IMG/VR virus record: IMGVR_UViG_3300010163_000002
Location: 1 to 64,000 of that record
Source of the DNA: a virus
Lineage: Duplodnaviria > Caudoviricetes
Strand: one strand, 5' to 3'
DNA length: 64,000 nt
This document shows, piece by piece, positions 28,830 to 39,245 of this stretch (position 1 is its first letter; each line of letters starts with the position of its first letter). The notes below the pieces were generated by a model. The model was not told the origin of the DNA and did not search any database. It was given only the letters and a program-made list of their open reading frames with translations. A program made the translations under genes and the position numbers.

Positions 28830-30542
28830 TTATTTATCTAATACGTAGACATTATTCATTGGAGTTTGCACAAGATACTGATTGGTAGTAAACATCAGCG
28901 ATAGAATTCTATTAATGGTTTCAAGAATGATTACATCTGATTTGATAGATGACAATACCTTATGATCGTATTCATTAGTTCTAATATTAAGAGGGCATCC
29001 CATTACGATACAATTCTTAAGAATCTGATCAACTTCACCATTAGAATACGATTTACCATAAAGAATTCTAATAAGACGCTCATATGCATCTAATAGAGTA
29101 TTGACAACGATATCGGCGCTATATTCCTTCTCATTTTTCATCTCTGTAAGAACAGAATATGCCATATAGTTTGCTCCATATCCTACACCATCTTCCGCAG
29201 CACTTCTACAATTCAATACCGCATCTTCCACAGACGCTTTAAGATTATCTCTATCAGAATTTGTCAAGCCTCCAATCAAGAAATCTACCATATTACCCTT
29301 AAGGCAATTTAATCTTCTCTTAGCTCTTGATACAACATCGATACCTTCATTTTCCTTTACGGCTTTATCAATCTGCGCCTGAAGGTATGCAAGATGAGTT
29401 AAGTATAAACCAGAATACTCTCCATTTTCATCAAACATATTCTTTGGACGAATAATCTTTGTTTTAACTTCATCGGATTCTACAACTTCTGCTGAGCCAC
29501 AGAAATCTAAAATATTATCCTTTGTAGGGGCTAACCCGGCTTCCTGATCTTTAAGCTGTAATTCAGGGCTTATGTATTTACGAATGAATGGAGCCCCTGT
29601 CATAGTAGCAATATCTTCAAACAAATAATCCTGGTGAATATCGCTAACGATTAATAATGGAATATTATCATAGGTATTCATAAGCTGTACAACTTTTTTA
29701 AAATACGCCTCTGTATCGGATGAAATTTTCTTGCAAAGAATTACTGTTGGCACAGGCTCATATACAGAATTTGGCATATACGCTCTAAGGATGTTATCAT
29801 CGATGATTTTACCTACCATATAGAACATTTCAGGCGTATCAATAGGATCACTGAAACAGTAAATCTTAGGATTTCTTATATATGATGAATTATTTTCTTT
29901 GTTATTTACAAAACAGCTATCGGTAAATCCGGTATCAAGTGTCATACCGTCATATTCTTTTACAATATTATCTGCTGATATAGATACGCCAACATCGATA
30001 AATACCCCCATGCCAAATTTTCTATAAATTTCTCTGATAGATCCAGCAATATCTTCATTATTATTTGTAGAAATAAGGGCGATATTGTAAATGTCATCAA
30101 GAGTACATCCTCTACCTCTCTTAAGAATGCGCTTTGATACTTCATTAATAACACTATTAATGCGGCTCAAAGTATCCGCAGGGCTGTTCTCAATAATTAC
30201 ATTTGTGTCGCACAAGCAGTCAAACATAGTTTTGCAAAGAAGAATAGCAGATGTGGTACCATCTCCAACCTGCTTTACCACATAATTTGTAAGATTAGTA
30301 AGCAGTTCCTGAACAGAACGTTCAATAGGATTTACAAACGCGATATTCTTTACAATATTATGGCCGTCTTTGGTATAATCTATCGAAATATTTACTCCTT
30401 TCTGATCCATATTCTTAACAAACGCTGTAGATGATCCTTTAGGACCAAATGACTGGCTTAAAGCGCCTGCAATAATATCTAAAGTTTCTCTTTGTACCTC
30501 CCTTACCTTATCCTCCGGTACGATGTTAGAATAAATTTTCAT
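28830..30542 (-). CDS. phage GroEL-like chaperonin
   Basis: SFGPKG, TKDG, VGDGTTS, EDAV...SA...G.G.GA motifs. No GroES gene is adjacent. Confidence 0.92.
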   Translation of the reverse strand: MKIYSNIVPEDKVREVQRETLDIIAGALSQSFGPKGSSTAFVKNMDQKGVNISIDYTKDGHNIVKNIAFVNPIERSVQELLTNLTNYVVKQVGDGTTSAILLCKTMFDCLCDTNVIIENSPADTLSRINSVINEVSKRILKRGRGCTLDDIYNIALISTNNNEDIAGSIREIYRKFGMGVFIDVGVSISADNIVKEYDGMTLDTGFTDSCFVNNKENNSSYIRNPKIYCFSDPIDTPEMFYMVGKIIDDNILRAYMPNSVYEPVPTVILCKKISSDTEAYFKKVVQLMNTYDNIPLLIVSDIHQDYLFEDIATMTGAPFIRKYISPELQLKDQEAGLAPTKDNILDFCGSAEVVESDEVKTKIIRPKNMFDENGEYSGLYLTHLAYLQAQIDKAVKENEGIDVVSRAKRRLNCLKGNMVDFLIGGLTNSDRDNLKASVEDAVLNCRSAAEDGVGYGANYMAYSVLTEMKNEKEYSADIVVNTLLDAYERLIRILYGKSYSNGEVDQILKNCIVMGCPLNIRTNEYDHKVLSSIKSDVIILETINRILSLMFTTNQYLVQTPMNNVYVLDK

Positions 30543-31194
30543 CTTCTTCTCCTTTCTTTTTTGGAAATCTATATTTTACTTTTGTATATAGATCCATTAA
30601 ATGTAATTCATTAACATCTCCAAATAAGCAACAATTCCTGCTAACCATATCCGAATCTTCTTCCATATTAAATTTTGCAGCGGCAAAATAAATATGCTTT
30701 CCTTCTATATTACCATATTCGAACAAATTTGTTATGTATTTGACATACAAAATTGTATAATCGCTTAGCGATAATGACTTTTTATTTGGTTCTAATATTG
30801 TAGCAACCTTAGGATTTAGCATATGGATAAATGATTGCTCAAGTTTTGATTTGCACAAAATTCTTATGGCTAATGAAGATGCGTTATTGAGCATTGTAAC
30901 TAATAGGCCAAATGTATCATATGCCATTGCATATGATAATAATTCTTCATAATGCTCTTCCATTATCTCATTATATAAATCCCCTGAATCTACATCAGGC
31001 ATAATAACTTCTAATGGATTTTTATGTTTTCTGCTTAATAGTTTAAATATTATATTTCTTTCATCGTTTTCACTGATGATTTTTTTATCTACATACTCAG
31101 ACGTAGAATAATTATCCCTGATTAATTTATACATAGCCAAATCCAAATCCACTACAAATTCAAATTCAGCAAGTATAGCATTATCTCTTGTCAT
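30526..31194 (-). CDS. hypothetical protein
   Basis: 222 aa ORF with GGAGTGG SD, overlapping the chaperonin start. Confidence 0.7.
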   Translation of the reverse strand: MTRDNAILAEFEFVVDLDLAMYKLIRDNYSTSEYVDKKIISENDERNIIFKLLSRKHKNPLEVIMPDVDSGDLYNEIMEEHYEELLSYAMAYDTFGLLVTMLNNASSLAIRILCKSKLEQSFIHMLNPKVATILEPNKKSLSLSDYTILYVKYITNLFEYGNIEGKHIYFAAAKFNMEEDSDMVSRNCCLFGDVNELHLMDLYTKVKYRFPKKKGEEDENLF

Positions 31195-31256
31195 TATAAT
31201 ACCACTCCCGGCAAAAAATAAAAGGGCATACTTTCATATGCCCTTTTACTATATTT

Positions 31257-32033
31257 TTAATCCATACTATTAGCGATATCATCGAATGACGACATCTCAT
31301 ATTCTTTTGGAGGATTCATAAAATCATCCGGTGTTTTATTACTTTCTCCTCTATTACCGTTTGGATCAAGGAACGGTTTATTATTTTGCTTACTGTTGCT
31401 TCTTGCCCCAACCTTTTCAGCGATTGATCTAATCAAATCATACTGAGCAGATAATTTGTATGCAAGATTATCTGCGACTGTAGCTGCAATTGCATAGCCT
31501 GATGCTTTAACATATTCGCTAAAATATACCTGAAGCATATCAAGTTCGATATCTGTAAATGTTTTGCTGCTGAACTTATTATTTTCATAGTTATATGCAG
31601 CGGTATGGAAATCATTCTTTGTTTCATAAATTACTTCTCCTGTTTCTCCATCATCACGAGCATACATAATTGAGAAACACGGAGCGCTGCTTCCGAATTC
31701 TGTTCCGTCTGATACTTTAAACAAACCGCCTCTAAGCTCCATGCATACATTATGAACGGATTTATCTTTTCTCATAAATGTAATCATATCATTAAGCATC
31801 TTTGCCTTTGTGTGCGGCAAAAATACAGTAACTGCATTTGAGTTATCATATGTTGCATAACCCTGACTGTTATCGCTGTTTTTCAACGCGATAGAAAGTT
31901 TCATCAATCCATTAAGATAACTAATGGAAAATCTCGATGCGCAAATTTTAGATTCTGAATTTGCCATTACTGCCTGTCCATATACAGCAGTCATCTGCTT
32001 TTTATCATTATTATTATACGTATTGAATGCCAT
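31257..32033 (-). CDS. possible single-stranded DNA-binding protein
   Basis: Beta-rich core, flexible linker and acidic aromatic tail (SSFDDIANSMD). The function is a weak inference. Confidence 0.35.
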   Translation of the reverse strand: MAFNTYNNNDKKQMTAVYGQAVMANSESKICASRFSISYLNGLMKLSIALKNSDNSQGYATYDNSNAVTVFLPHTKAKMLNDMITFMRKDKSVHNVCMELRGGLFKVSDGTEFGSSAPCFSIMYARDDGETGEVIYETKNDFHTAAYNYENNKFSSKTFTDIELDMLQVYFSEYVKASGYAIAATVADNLAYKLSAQYDLIRSIAEKVGARSNSKQNNKPFLDPNGNRGESNKTPDDFMNPPKEYEMSSFDDIANSMD

Positions 32034-32162
32034 ATCACATATCCTCCTTAGATACATTTGAATTTATTCTTTTGTTAGTGGTAATGTAAAATGATACAAT
32101 CTATCGAGGGAGACTATAAAGCCTCCCTCAATCAAATTTATAATATATTTTTATTTATTTTA

Positions 32163-33311
32163 TTAATCCATATCCGGATAATAAACCTGAATAGCACTGT
32201 CATATCTATTTCTTACAGGCTGCTCTTTTGCTGCTCTCTGACGAATATCATATAGAGATTGTAAAGTATCAATTGCTTCTTTTCTGGCCTGTTCAGAAAT
32301 ATCTTCGGTTAAGTAATCTTGTAAAATGGCAATATCGGTGTTGCATTTATGAATGATTGGCATCAAGTCAGAAGCCTCTGTAGATGTGCGAAGCAACAAG
32401 CTAAGTTCATACACATCATCTTTAATGCTTCTAATTCCTTTAACTTTAAATTCTGAAAATTTCTTGGAAAATCTGGATCTAATATCATCAATAAATCCTT
32501 CATTTATATTAAAATCTGTATGATTAAGGATATTAACAGCATAATCTAACTCTCTCTCTTCGAGCTTAGATGCTGTAAGTTGTTTCGCCTTATTAAGAGT
32601 TTTTATTGCCGGTAATCTACGAATATTGAATTCTGTTTGCATTCTTAATACCCAAGATAATGCAATGAATCTATCATCTACTTCTTTAGCCATATATGTA
32701 GTAGACGAAGTGATCTTTCTTATTGCAGACTCAAGATATGGGCCATACCCGCAAGATGTTACAAATGTATCTGCAATCATTTCTTTATTTCCAATTTTTG
32801 CAAATAAAGATCCAGTTTTTACAACAGAATCCTTAATAGCATATCCCATAAGTTCTCTAAATCCTTTTGAAGCTTTCAAATCAACATGCTCTCCAGTTTT
32901 GGTAAAATAAATATCAATCTGATTTTTAACTTCATCAATAGTTTCTGTTTCATATACAATATGGCCTATTTCATGAAGAAGAATAGCTGTTAATTCTTTC
33001 TTATTAAGAGCAAGCATCGGATCAAATAGTTTAGAATCCATCTCCACATAGTATTCTGTAAAAATACTTGTCCTTGAATCGCCTAAAACTTCCATAGCTT
33101 TATTGCCATCAATAGCCGGATACACTCTCATACCAAAAAATAATTTGTCTGTATTAAGAGTATAAATTACCTCTCGACATTTTGCTTTTATGAAAAATTT
33201 ATTAAGTTCATTACGAAGTTTTATTAATTCGGAAGAACCATGGAAATTATCCATATTAAGCATTAATTTTTCAATATTAGAAAAATCAAAATTACTTGCC
33301 ACTCTTTCCAT
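32163..33311 (-). CDS. virion-associated zincin-motif (HExxH) protein
   Basis: TAILLHEIGH and E..AD.F....GYG; GGAGG SD before ATG 33311. Confidence 0.7.
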   Translation of the reverse strand: MERVASNFDFSNIEKLMLNMDNFHGSSELIKLRNELNKFFIKAKCREVIYTLNTDKLFFGMRVYPAIDGNKAMEVLGDSRTSIFTEYYVEMDSKLFDPMLALNKKELTAILLHEIGHIVYETETIDEVKNQIDIYFTKTGEHVDLKASKGFRELMGYAIKDSVVKTGSLFAKIGNKEMIADTFVTSCGYGPYLESAIRKITSSTTYMAKEVDDRFIALSWVLRMQTEFNIRRLPAIKTLNKAKQLTASKLEERELDYAVNILNHTDFNINEGFIDDIRSRFSKKFSEFKVKGIRSIKDDVYELSLLLRTSTEASDLMPIIHKCNTDIAILQDYLTEDISEQARKEAIDTLQSLYDIRQRAAKEQPVRNRYDSAIQVYYPDMD

Positions 33312-33492
33312 TCTTTTTACCTCCTGCATCATTATTTTTTATTTTATTTGGTGTTGGCACGTTTTTACCTGTAGCCTGATCATAATGGGTATATACAGAT
33401 CCAAGATCATTCATCGGAAAGTTATGTTTAAGTGCCTGATGTAATGGGCTAGGATTACCGCATATTAATACCTTTGGTTTATTAGTTCTCAT
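33292..33492 (-). CDS. 66 aa mini-protein containing a copy of the capsid C-terminal peptide
   Basis: Has its own promoter (GACA ATAATG TA, 33514-33525) and AAGGAGG SD; NDLGSVYTHYDQATGKNV is identical to the MCP tail. Confidence 0.65.
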   Translation of the reverse strand: MRTNKPKVLICGNPSPLHQALKHNFPMNDLGSVYTHYDQATGKNVPTPNKIKNNDAGGKKNGKSGK

Positions 33493-33701
33493 AGTATGCC
33501 TCCTTCATGCATTTACATTATTGTCAAATCAAAAGTAAAACCAGAGTAGCTTTCGCTACTCCGGCCCTACTTTTATATCATGAAAAGAAGATTTAAGTAT
33601 GGCAGCTAATTTAATTACGGCCCAACAGGCAGTTCGTTCTTGGTAGTTACGTTTTTACCTGTAGCCTGATCATAATGGGTATATACAGATCCAAGATCAT
33701 T
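33359..33701. repeat. 53 bp perfect direct repeat (33359-33411 and 33649-33701)
   Basis: Direct base-by-base comparison. Confidence 0.95.
33541..33564 (-). terminator. capsid gene terminator
   Basis: CCGGAGTAGC-GAAA-GCTACTCTGG followed by TTTT on the minus strand. Confidence 0.8.
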
Positions 33702-35480
33702 GTTAGCGTACATGCTACCAATCGGATCAATATTCGGCAGATGCTCTCTAAGGCCAGTCGGATTAGCTACAAACAGACGGCCCTGAACAGGCTGGAATTC
33801 GAAGAACTTATAACGCTGGAATGCTGTCAGCGCCGGAAGTGTCGGATTCTCAGCATCTCTGATCTCATTGCTGATGTACATCTGATAATCATACAGACGG
33901 TATACAATACGGTTTGTATTCTTCGGAATCAGAAGTACAATCAGGTTGTCATTACCGAACAGCTTATCAGAAGAGATAAAGTTGTACACTCTCTTGTCGG
34001 ATGTGACAACAGTCTTCTTGAAGTCAAGCTCAACAGGTCCGATGTTTGCCGGAGTAGCATAAGAATATTCTGTCGGGATGATCTGGCGAATAAGTCCAGG
34101 ACGACCGATAATGGAAATCTGCATATTCGGATCACGAAGTACCGTAAGCAAACCGGTAATAAACTGATCAAGGGTATTCATGAACGTCTTCTGCAGCCAC
34201 TCAAGATGATCGTGAGCATAGTTCTGCGGCGGTGCAAAGTCAATTGTCTTAGCCAGCTTATGATCCTCATCAAGACGCATAAAGGATTCATCAAGATTCT
34301 CCTTGATATCATCATCCTTAACATTCTCCATGATATCCTTGATCATGCTCATGTACTTGGTAACCTGATTAATACCATACAGCGCACCGATGTCTTTTAC
34401 CTCTTCAGGAGTAATCGGAATCGTGATACCGTCGCTTTCAGGAATCTGAACATACGTAGTTCTTTCCTGCCACTCAACACGATTTGTCTTAAGCATACGG
34501 CTGGAAGCATCATAACGAGCCATCATCTTAACGGCTTTAATCTTTCCGCCAGAATTGATCTCAAACATATTATCCTGCTGAGTTGCAAACAGGGAATCAT
34601 GGAATACTTCCTCTGTAACTCCATCTGCGGCAGTAGTTTTAATGTCAACCGGCTGCATAATAATTCTATTATACTCGCCGTAACCCGGTGTGAACTCTGC
34701 TCTCCACGGTTTCCAAACCAGAGCTACTCCATCTGCAGTTGCTTCGGATTCTGTAATAGTAGCATTTCCTTCAGTATCAGTTCCAATTGTAAGAACTGTA
34801 TCGCCGGTCTTAGCATAATCTTCTACAGCCACTGCGCAGATGTGGGTTGCTACAGACAGATTATGAGACAGTCTCGGAACGTTGAAGTACTTATCGAGAA
34901 TATCCGTTGTCTTCATTTCCGGAAGTACAATCGGAACTTCTACCGGCTTATTGGCAGACTTCCAAGCGTTAAATATCTGATTCTGCTGATTAGCGATATC
35001 AATCTTACGCCCATCAGGAGTAATCATATAACGAGTTTCCATTGTCTCTGTCCATGACGTAGCCTTTGCAACGTATCTCGGTACAGCCTGCGCAAATACG
35101 CAGTTAAGCATAAGATACTTATGCATCGGAAGGGACAAACCAATCATTGGATTCCAGGTACTCATACCTGCCGCTGCATTCTCCTGCACAGCCTGCATAT
35201 CATTAATGAACATCTCGTTCATATCCTGCAGGCGGTCCTGATATTCCTCTGTCGTCATATTGTTCTTCGGGTCAATAATAGAGTTCTCTGTATAGAATTT
35301 CTTAAGCGCCTCCACATTACCCTTAAAAGCAAGTGCACGAGTCGGCTCTGCACCATAATCAACCTTAGATTCTCTTAAGATATTCTGCTGCGTCTCATAA
35401 AATGCAGCAGCATACTGATACATCGGATCTTTAGAGAAATTACCCATATTAGGGTTTTTTCTTTCACCAACACTAGGCAT
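33615..35480 (-). CDS. major capsid protein
   Basis: 621 aa; strongly biased codon usage; gp23-like start after Glu (QE/NAAAGMSTWNPMIGLSLPM); next to scaffold and protease genes; late promoter. Confidence 0.8.
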   Translation of the reverse strand: MPSVGERKNPNMGNFSKDPMYQYAAAFYETQQNILRESKVDYGAEPTRALAFKGNVEALKKFYTENSIIDPKNNMTTEEYQDRLQDMNEMFINDMQAVQENAAAGMSTWNPMIGLSLPMHKYLMLNCVFAQAVPRYVAKATSWTETMETRYMITPDGRKIDIANQQNQIFNAWKSANKPVEVPIVLPEMKTTDILDKYFNVPRLSHNLSVATHICAVAVEDYAKTGDTVLTIGTDTEGNATITESEATADGVALVWKPWRAEFTPGYGEYNRIIMQPVDIKTTAADGVTEEVFHDSLFATQQDNMFEINSGGKIKAVKMMARYDASSRMLKTNRVEWQERTTYVQIPESDGITIPITPEEVKDIGALYGINQVTKYMSMIKDIMENVKDDDIKENLDESFMRLDEDHKLAKTIDFAPPQNYAHDHLEWLQKTFMNTLDQFITGLLTVLRDPNMQISIIGRPGLIRQIIPTEYSYATPANIGPVELDFKKTVVTSDKRVYNFISSDKLFGNDNLIVLLIPKNTNRIVYRLYDYQMYISNEIRDAENPTLPALTAFQRYKFFEFQPVQGRLFVANPTGLREHLPNIDPIGSMYANNDLGSVYTHYDQATGKNVTTKNELPVGP

Positions 35481-35553
35481 ATTTGTTACCTCCTTATTTT
35501 TGACTTAAGTTTAATTATTTATATAAATAATTAGGCTTACCATCCTAAGTATT

Positions 35554-35565
35554 TATTATATTGTT
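35554..35565 (-). promoter_or_regulatory. late-type promoter (AACA-N6-TA)
   Basis: AACA ATATAA TA upstream of MCP. Confidence 0.7.
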
Positions 35566-35573
35566 AGTTTTTC

Positions 35574-36581
35574 TTATTCGTGATTCTTACGTTTTACAGG
35601 TTTTTGTATTAATGCCTTGAGCATTGTACTAATTTGCGTAAGAACCAAAAGGCATTGTTTATAGTATGTAGTATTTTCAACATACGTTCTAGTCACATAT
35701 GCAGTTGTAATTACATAATTAACCATATCTTTAAGATCAACTAACTGATCTGCAATGAATGTAAGAGCTCTTGTATTATCAAAAGTTTTTGGTATTTTAT
35801 TTAAACTATCAAATATTGTTTCTATTGTATCATATAATTCTATATAGTTTGTTAGCAGCTCCTCATTTTTGATCGCGAGCTGTTGCGTGGTTAAATCGGC
35901 AAACAAATTCTTTTCCATATCTGCCAATGTACCGCTGCCAGAGCTATCAGAAGAATCTGCAGATTCTGAATCTCCTCCATCGTCTGTTTGATCGTCTCCA
36001 GAATCATCGGTATTTTCATCTTCGCCGGTATCTTCTGTAGAGCCATCGTCAGATCCTAAGTCATCAGAACCCATTTTGGTATAATCAGGCAAATCATCAT
36101 CTCCCGATGCAGTGTCTTCTACGTCATCTGTATTGTCCGCTGTCTCTGCATCATCCGTAACATCCTGAGTATCATCTGCATCAAATTCATCCTCAGTAAA
36201 ATCATGCAGGTCATCTTCGCCTTCAGTATCTGACTCGTCTGCAGTATTATCTGGATTATCTTCCGCAGGCTCATCAGCCATAGGTGCATCATCAGATTGA
36301 GGCTCTGCTTCAGGTTCGTCCGCTGCTGGTTCTGGATTATCGTCTGATTGTGCGGCCGGTTCTGAAGCCCCATCATCCTCCATATCAAATTCATCCTCTG
36401 TGAAATCATGCAAGTCATCATTAGTATCTTCCAGATTATCTTCTACTGGTTCGTCATCAGTATCTTCATCTTCTGGAGCACCATCCTGATTTTTGGTGTA
36501 ATCCTCATCACCAGAATCATCCATATGCTCCCCGTTAATTTCCAATTCATTAAAAAATGTATAGCTTGGTCTAAAAAGCAT
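35574..36581 (-). CDS. highly acidic prohead core/scaffold-like protein
   Basis: D/E-rich disordered region with repeated DDLHDFTEDEFD, helical C-terminus; directly upstream of MCP. Confidence 0.6.
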   Translation of the reverse strand: MLFRPSYTFFNELEINGEHMDDSGDEDYTKNQDGAPEDEDTDDEPVEDNLEDTNDDLHDFTEDEFDMEDDGASEPAAQSDDNPEPAADEPEAEPQSDDAPMADEPAEDNPDNTADESDTEGEDDLHDFTEDEFDADDTQDVTDDAETADNTDDVEDTASGDDDLPDYTKMGSDDLGSDDGSTEDTGEDENTDDSGDDQTDDGGDSESADSSDSSGSGTLADMEKNLFADLTTQQLAIKNEELLTNYIELYDTIETIFDSLNKIPKTFDNTRALTFIADQLVDLKDMVNYVITTAYVTRTYVENTTYYKQCLLVLTQISTMLKALIQKPVKRKNHE

Positions 36582-36606
36582 TGTATTTCACCTCCTTAAA
36601 TTTTCT

Positions 36607-39138
36607 TTAATCATCAGAATCTCCAACCGGAGGCACATCTTGTTTGTAATATATCGCCATTTTGTATTTGAGCCGCTGTCTCTGCCGTTCAAGATTTCTT
36701 TGAATAATTTCAAGCTGCCTTATTTTCTTAAGATCATTTTCATCTTCTGCCTGACGAATGTATCTTTCAACCATTTTAAGCTCAATCTCAATATCATCAA
36801 GGACTAGCTGCCTCTCTTTTGCTTTAAGCTTGTGGCTATAAGCAAAACCTCCGACGGCAGATATTACTGCAACGGCAGGATTAATAGCCCATGTTACTCC
36901 TAAAACACACGCTATCTTGATGCATTTAGATGCTGAAGGTAATATCCTGCCTTTTATTATAGCTTCCCTGTTGTCATTCATAGCAGCAGCTTCAATACCT
37001 TTAGATATATTATTTGCAGCCATATCAATAGCATTAGATGCTTGTTTTTCTTTGTCTTTAAGCTTTACAGCATTCTTTTTGAGACGATCAACAGCAAGTT
37101 TTAATGTATTGGTAAAATTCATTTCCATTACATATTCTTCATTCATATTCATATTAATCATCTCATTAAGACATGTAAGATAACACTTAATGGCTTGTAA
37201 GTCATTTGATGTTGAATATACCATCCTATCATTTTTAAGCTTGTATATATTTTCATTCAAATAATCAATTCTGATATAATCAGATACATCGTTTGAATTT
37301 TCCCTTAATTGATTTCTGTATTCGGTTAATGCATCGCACAATTTGTTTCTTTCGAGTACTGTAGGTACTGTAATAGAAAAATCTGTTAGCTGATCAATAG
37401 CATCATTATCAAGCTTATATATATTCTTAAATACTATCCCCTCGATATTATCATCAATTAGCCCTTCAGATATTGATTGCATAAGATTAGCTACAGACTC
37501 TATATTGGCGGTTTCCTCAAAATCGAAATCATCCCAATCATCGTCGTCAAAATCAAAATCGTCATCATACGATCCATCATATTCTGTTGATGTATCTCTC
37601 TCATAATTTTCATCTTCTGAATAAAGATTATTTTCGTATTCTTTAATTTTCGCGTAATCCTTATTAAGTTCATCTAGATATTTCTGAAGATTTTCCTTTG
37701 ACTGATTATCTTTTGATTTTTCAAGCTTGTCTTTTACAGCGTCAATTTCATTTTGGTACGCTTTAATAATTTTCTCTGTTTGTTTTCTTGATAAGGTTAA
37801 TTTGATAATGCTGTTAGTAATAAATCCAACCAAACCTAGAATAGGGTGTATATAAGTCATTAACACGACTACCATACCTCTTATGATAATAAAAATACTA
37901 GGCAGGTCATACACAATCTGATATGGGGATTTAGTAAATATTCCTGTAACCATTGCTTTAAGTCTAGTTACATTGGTTTTATTGTCAGGATCTTTAATAC
38001 ATTCTTTTCTAAATTCACTGATTTCTCTTTGGGTTGTTCTATCAATCCTTTCATCAGGATTGCCTTTCTTTGCGTCTTTAATTAATTGCCTGCCTGCCTT
38101 TTTAATTTCTTTCTTTTTATCTTTAGCATCTTTTTTCATATCTTTAAGGAAACCATCTTCATTTATTGCAAATGGGCTACAATAGTTTTCTATCAGCACA
38201 TTAGCAGTTTCTTGAGCTGATAATAGAATATTATCATCATCTCTATCAATGATATAATCTAATATATCAAAATCATCATCTGTAAATAATACAGAATCTT
38301 TTTTTACCTCCTGTACAGCACCAATGTCCTGTTCAGATAACCCAGAAGAAAGAATGTAATAATCCATTACAGCTTCAATTATGCATTCATTTTGATAATT
38401 AATATTATTTTTATTAATTGCATAGTATGCTGTTTCTAATGAATGAGACAGCTTATTCTTTAACGGAATATTATATGTATCTATGCATTTTGCAATTTCC
38501 ATAATAGCAATATACATACCGCCATAATCATATGAGGCTTCAGATATGATCTTATCGATATTAAATCTGGTTGAGATTTTGTTGTAATTGCTAATTATTC
38601 TATCGCATTCACGATTTTTTTTAGCTTCATGTATTATAACATTAAAACATTCTTCTATTACTGCTTCTGTCTGTACCTGGGACGGTGAAGAGGTAGATAC
38701 TCCATTAGATGTCATAGTACGTTTAATTGAATCTATAGCGCTCTGAATATTATCAGAAATAGAATCAAAATTATTTTTGTTTTTTGTTACTATTTTTCGT
38801 TTCAGCCTCGAATTTCTATATTTAAGAGATTTAATTAATTGAGAAGCATCCCGCACTTTGTCAGTGCCCTCGGCTAAGCACATCCCGCATGTTCTTATAG
38901 AAGAAACATTAGAATTTAAACATAATTCCTCATAAATATCCATAGCCTTATTAAATGCTTCTGTAGGAGTTTCAGCTAGCGATTCCCAATGCATAATAGC
39001 ATCGATAGCATTATTGTTACAAAATTTATGCTGTTCTGTATAAATTCGCGGAACAATTCTTGAGTTATTTGGTTTCATATTACCAAGAGATCTTATCCTA
39101 TTGGTAATATCAGAGTATTTAACGTCCATATTAAGCAC
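36607..39138 (-). CDS. virion head-associated structural protein
   Basis: 843 aa; in the head cluster; late-type promoter at 39158-39169; several (I/L)xE candidate cleavage sites. Confidence 0.55.
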   Translation of the reverse strand: MLNMDVKYSDITNRIRSLGNMKPNNSRIVPRIYTEQHKFCNNNAIDAIMHWESLAETPTEAFNKAMDIYEELCLNSNVSSIRTCGMCLAEGTDKVRDASQLIKSLKYRNSRLKRKIVTKNKNNFDSISDNIQSAIDSIKRTMTSNGVSTSSPSQVQTEAVIEECFNVIIHEAKKNRECDRIISNYNKISTRFNIDKIISEASYDYGGMYIAIMEIAKCIDTYNIPLKNKLSHSLETAYYAINKNNINYQNECIIEAVMDYYILSSGLSEQDIGAVQEVKKDSVLFTDDDFDILDYIIDRDDDNILLSAQETANVLIENYCSPFAINEDGFLKDMKKDAKDKKKEIKKAGRQLIKDAKKGNPDERIDRTTQREISEFRKECIKDPDNKTNVTRLKAMVTGIFTKSPYQIVYDLPSIFIIIRGMVVVLMTYIHPILGLVGFITNSIIKLTLSRKQTEKIIKAYQNEIDAVKDKLEKSKDNQSKENLQKYLDELNKDYAKIKEYENNLYSEDENYERDTSTEYDGSYDDDFDFDDDDWDDFDFEETANIESVANLMQSISEGLIDDNIEGIVFKNIYKLDNDAIDQLTDFSITVPTVLERNKLCDALTEYRNQLRENSNDVSDYIRIDYLNENIYKLKNDRMVYSTSNDLQAIKCYLTCLNEMINMNMNEEYVMEMNFTNTLKLAVDRLKKNAVKLKDKEKQASNAIDMAANNISKGIEAAAMNDNREAIIKGRILPSASKCIKIACVLGVTWAINPAVAVISAVGGFAYSHKLKAKERQLVLDDIEIELKMVERYIRQAEDENDLKKIRQLEIIQRNLERQRQRLKYKMAIYYKQDVPPVGDSDD

Positions 39139-39202
39139 CGTCCCCTTTCTATGATATTATTATAAAGTTGAGTGATTCATCTGTTAAGCTATAATATAGA
39201 AA

Positions 39203-39214
39203 AACATGTAAATA
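39203..39214 (+). promoter_or_regulatory. late-type promoter (AACA-N6-TA)
   Basis: AACA TGTAAA TA. Confidence 0.65.
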
Positions 39215-39245
39215 AAACATGACGCTTATAAGGAGGTTCTAATAA

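Noticed and set aside
33675-35057. 460-aa plus-strand ORF opposite the capsid gene
   Set aside because: Explained by strong codon bias of the MCP, which removes antisense stops; no SD and no protein-like motifs.
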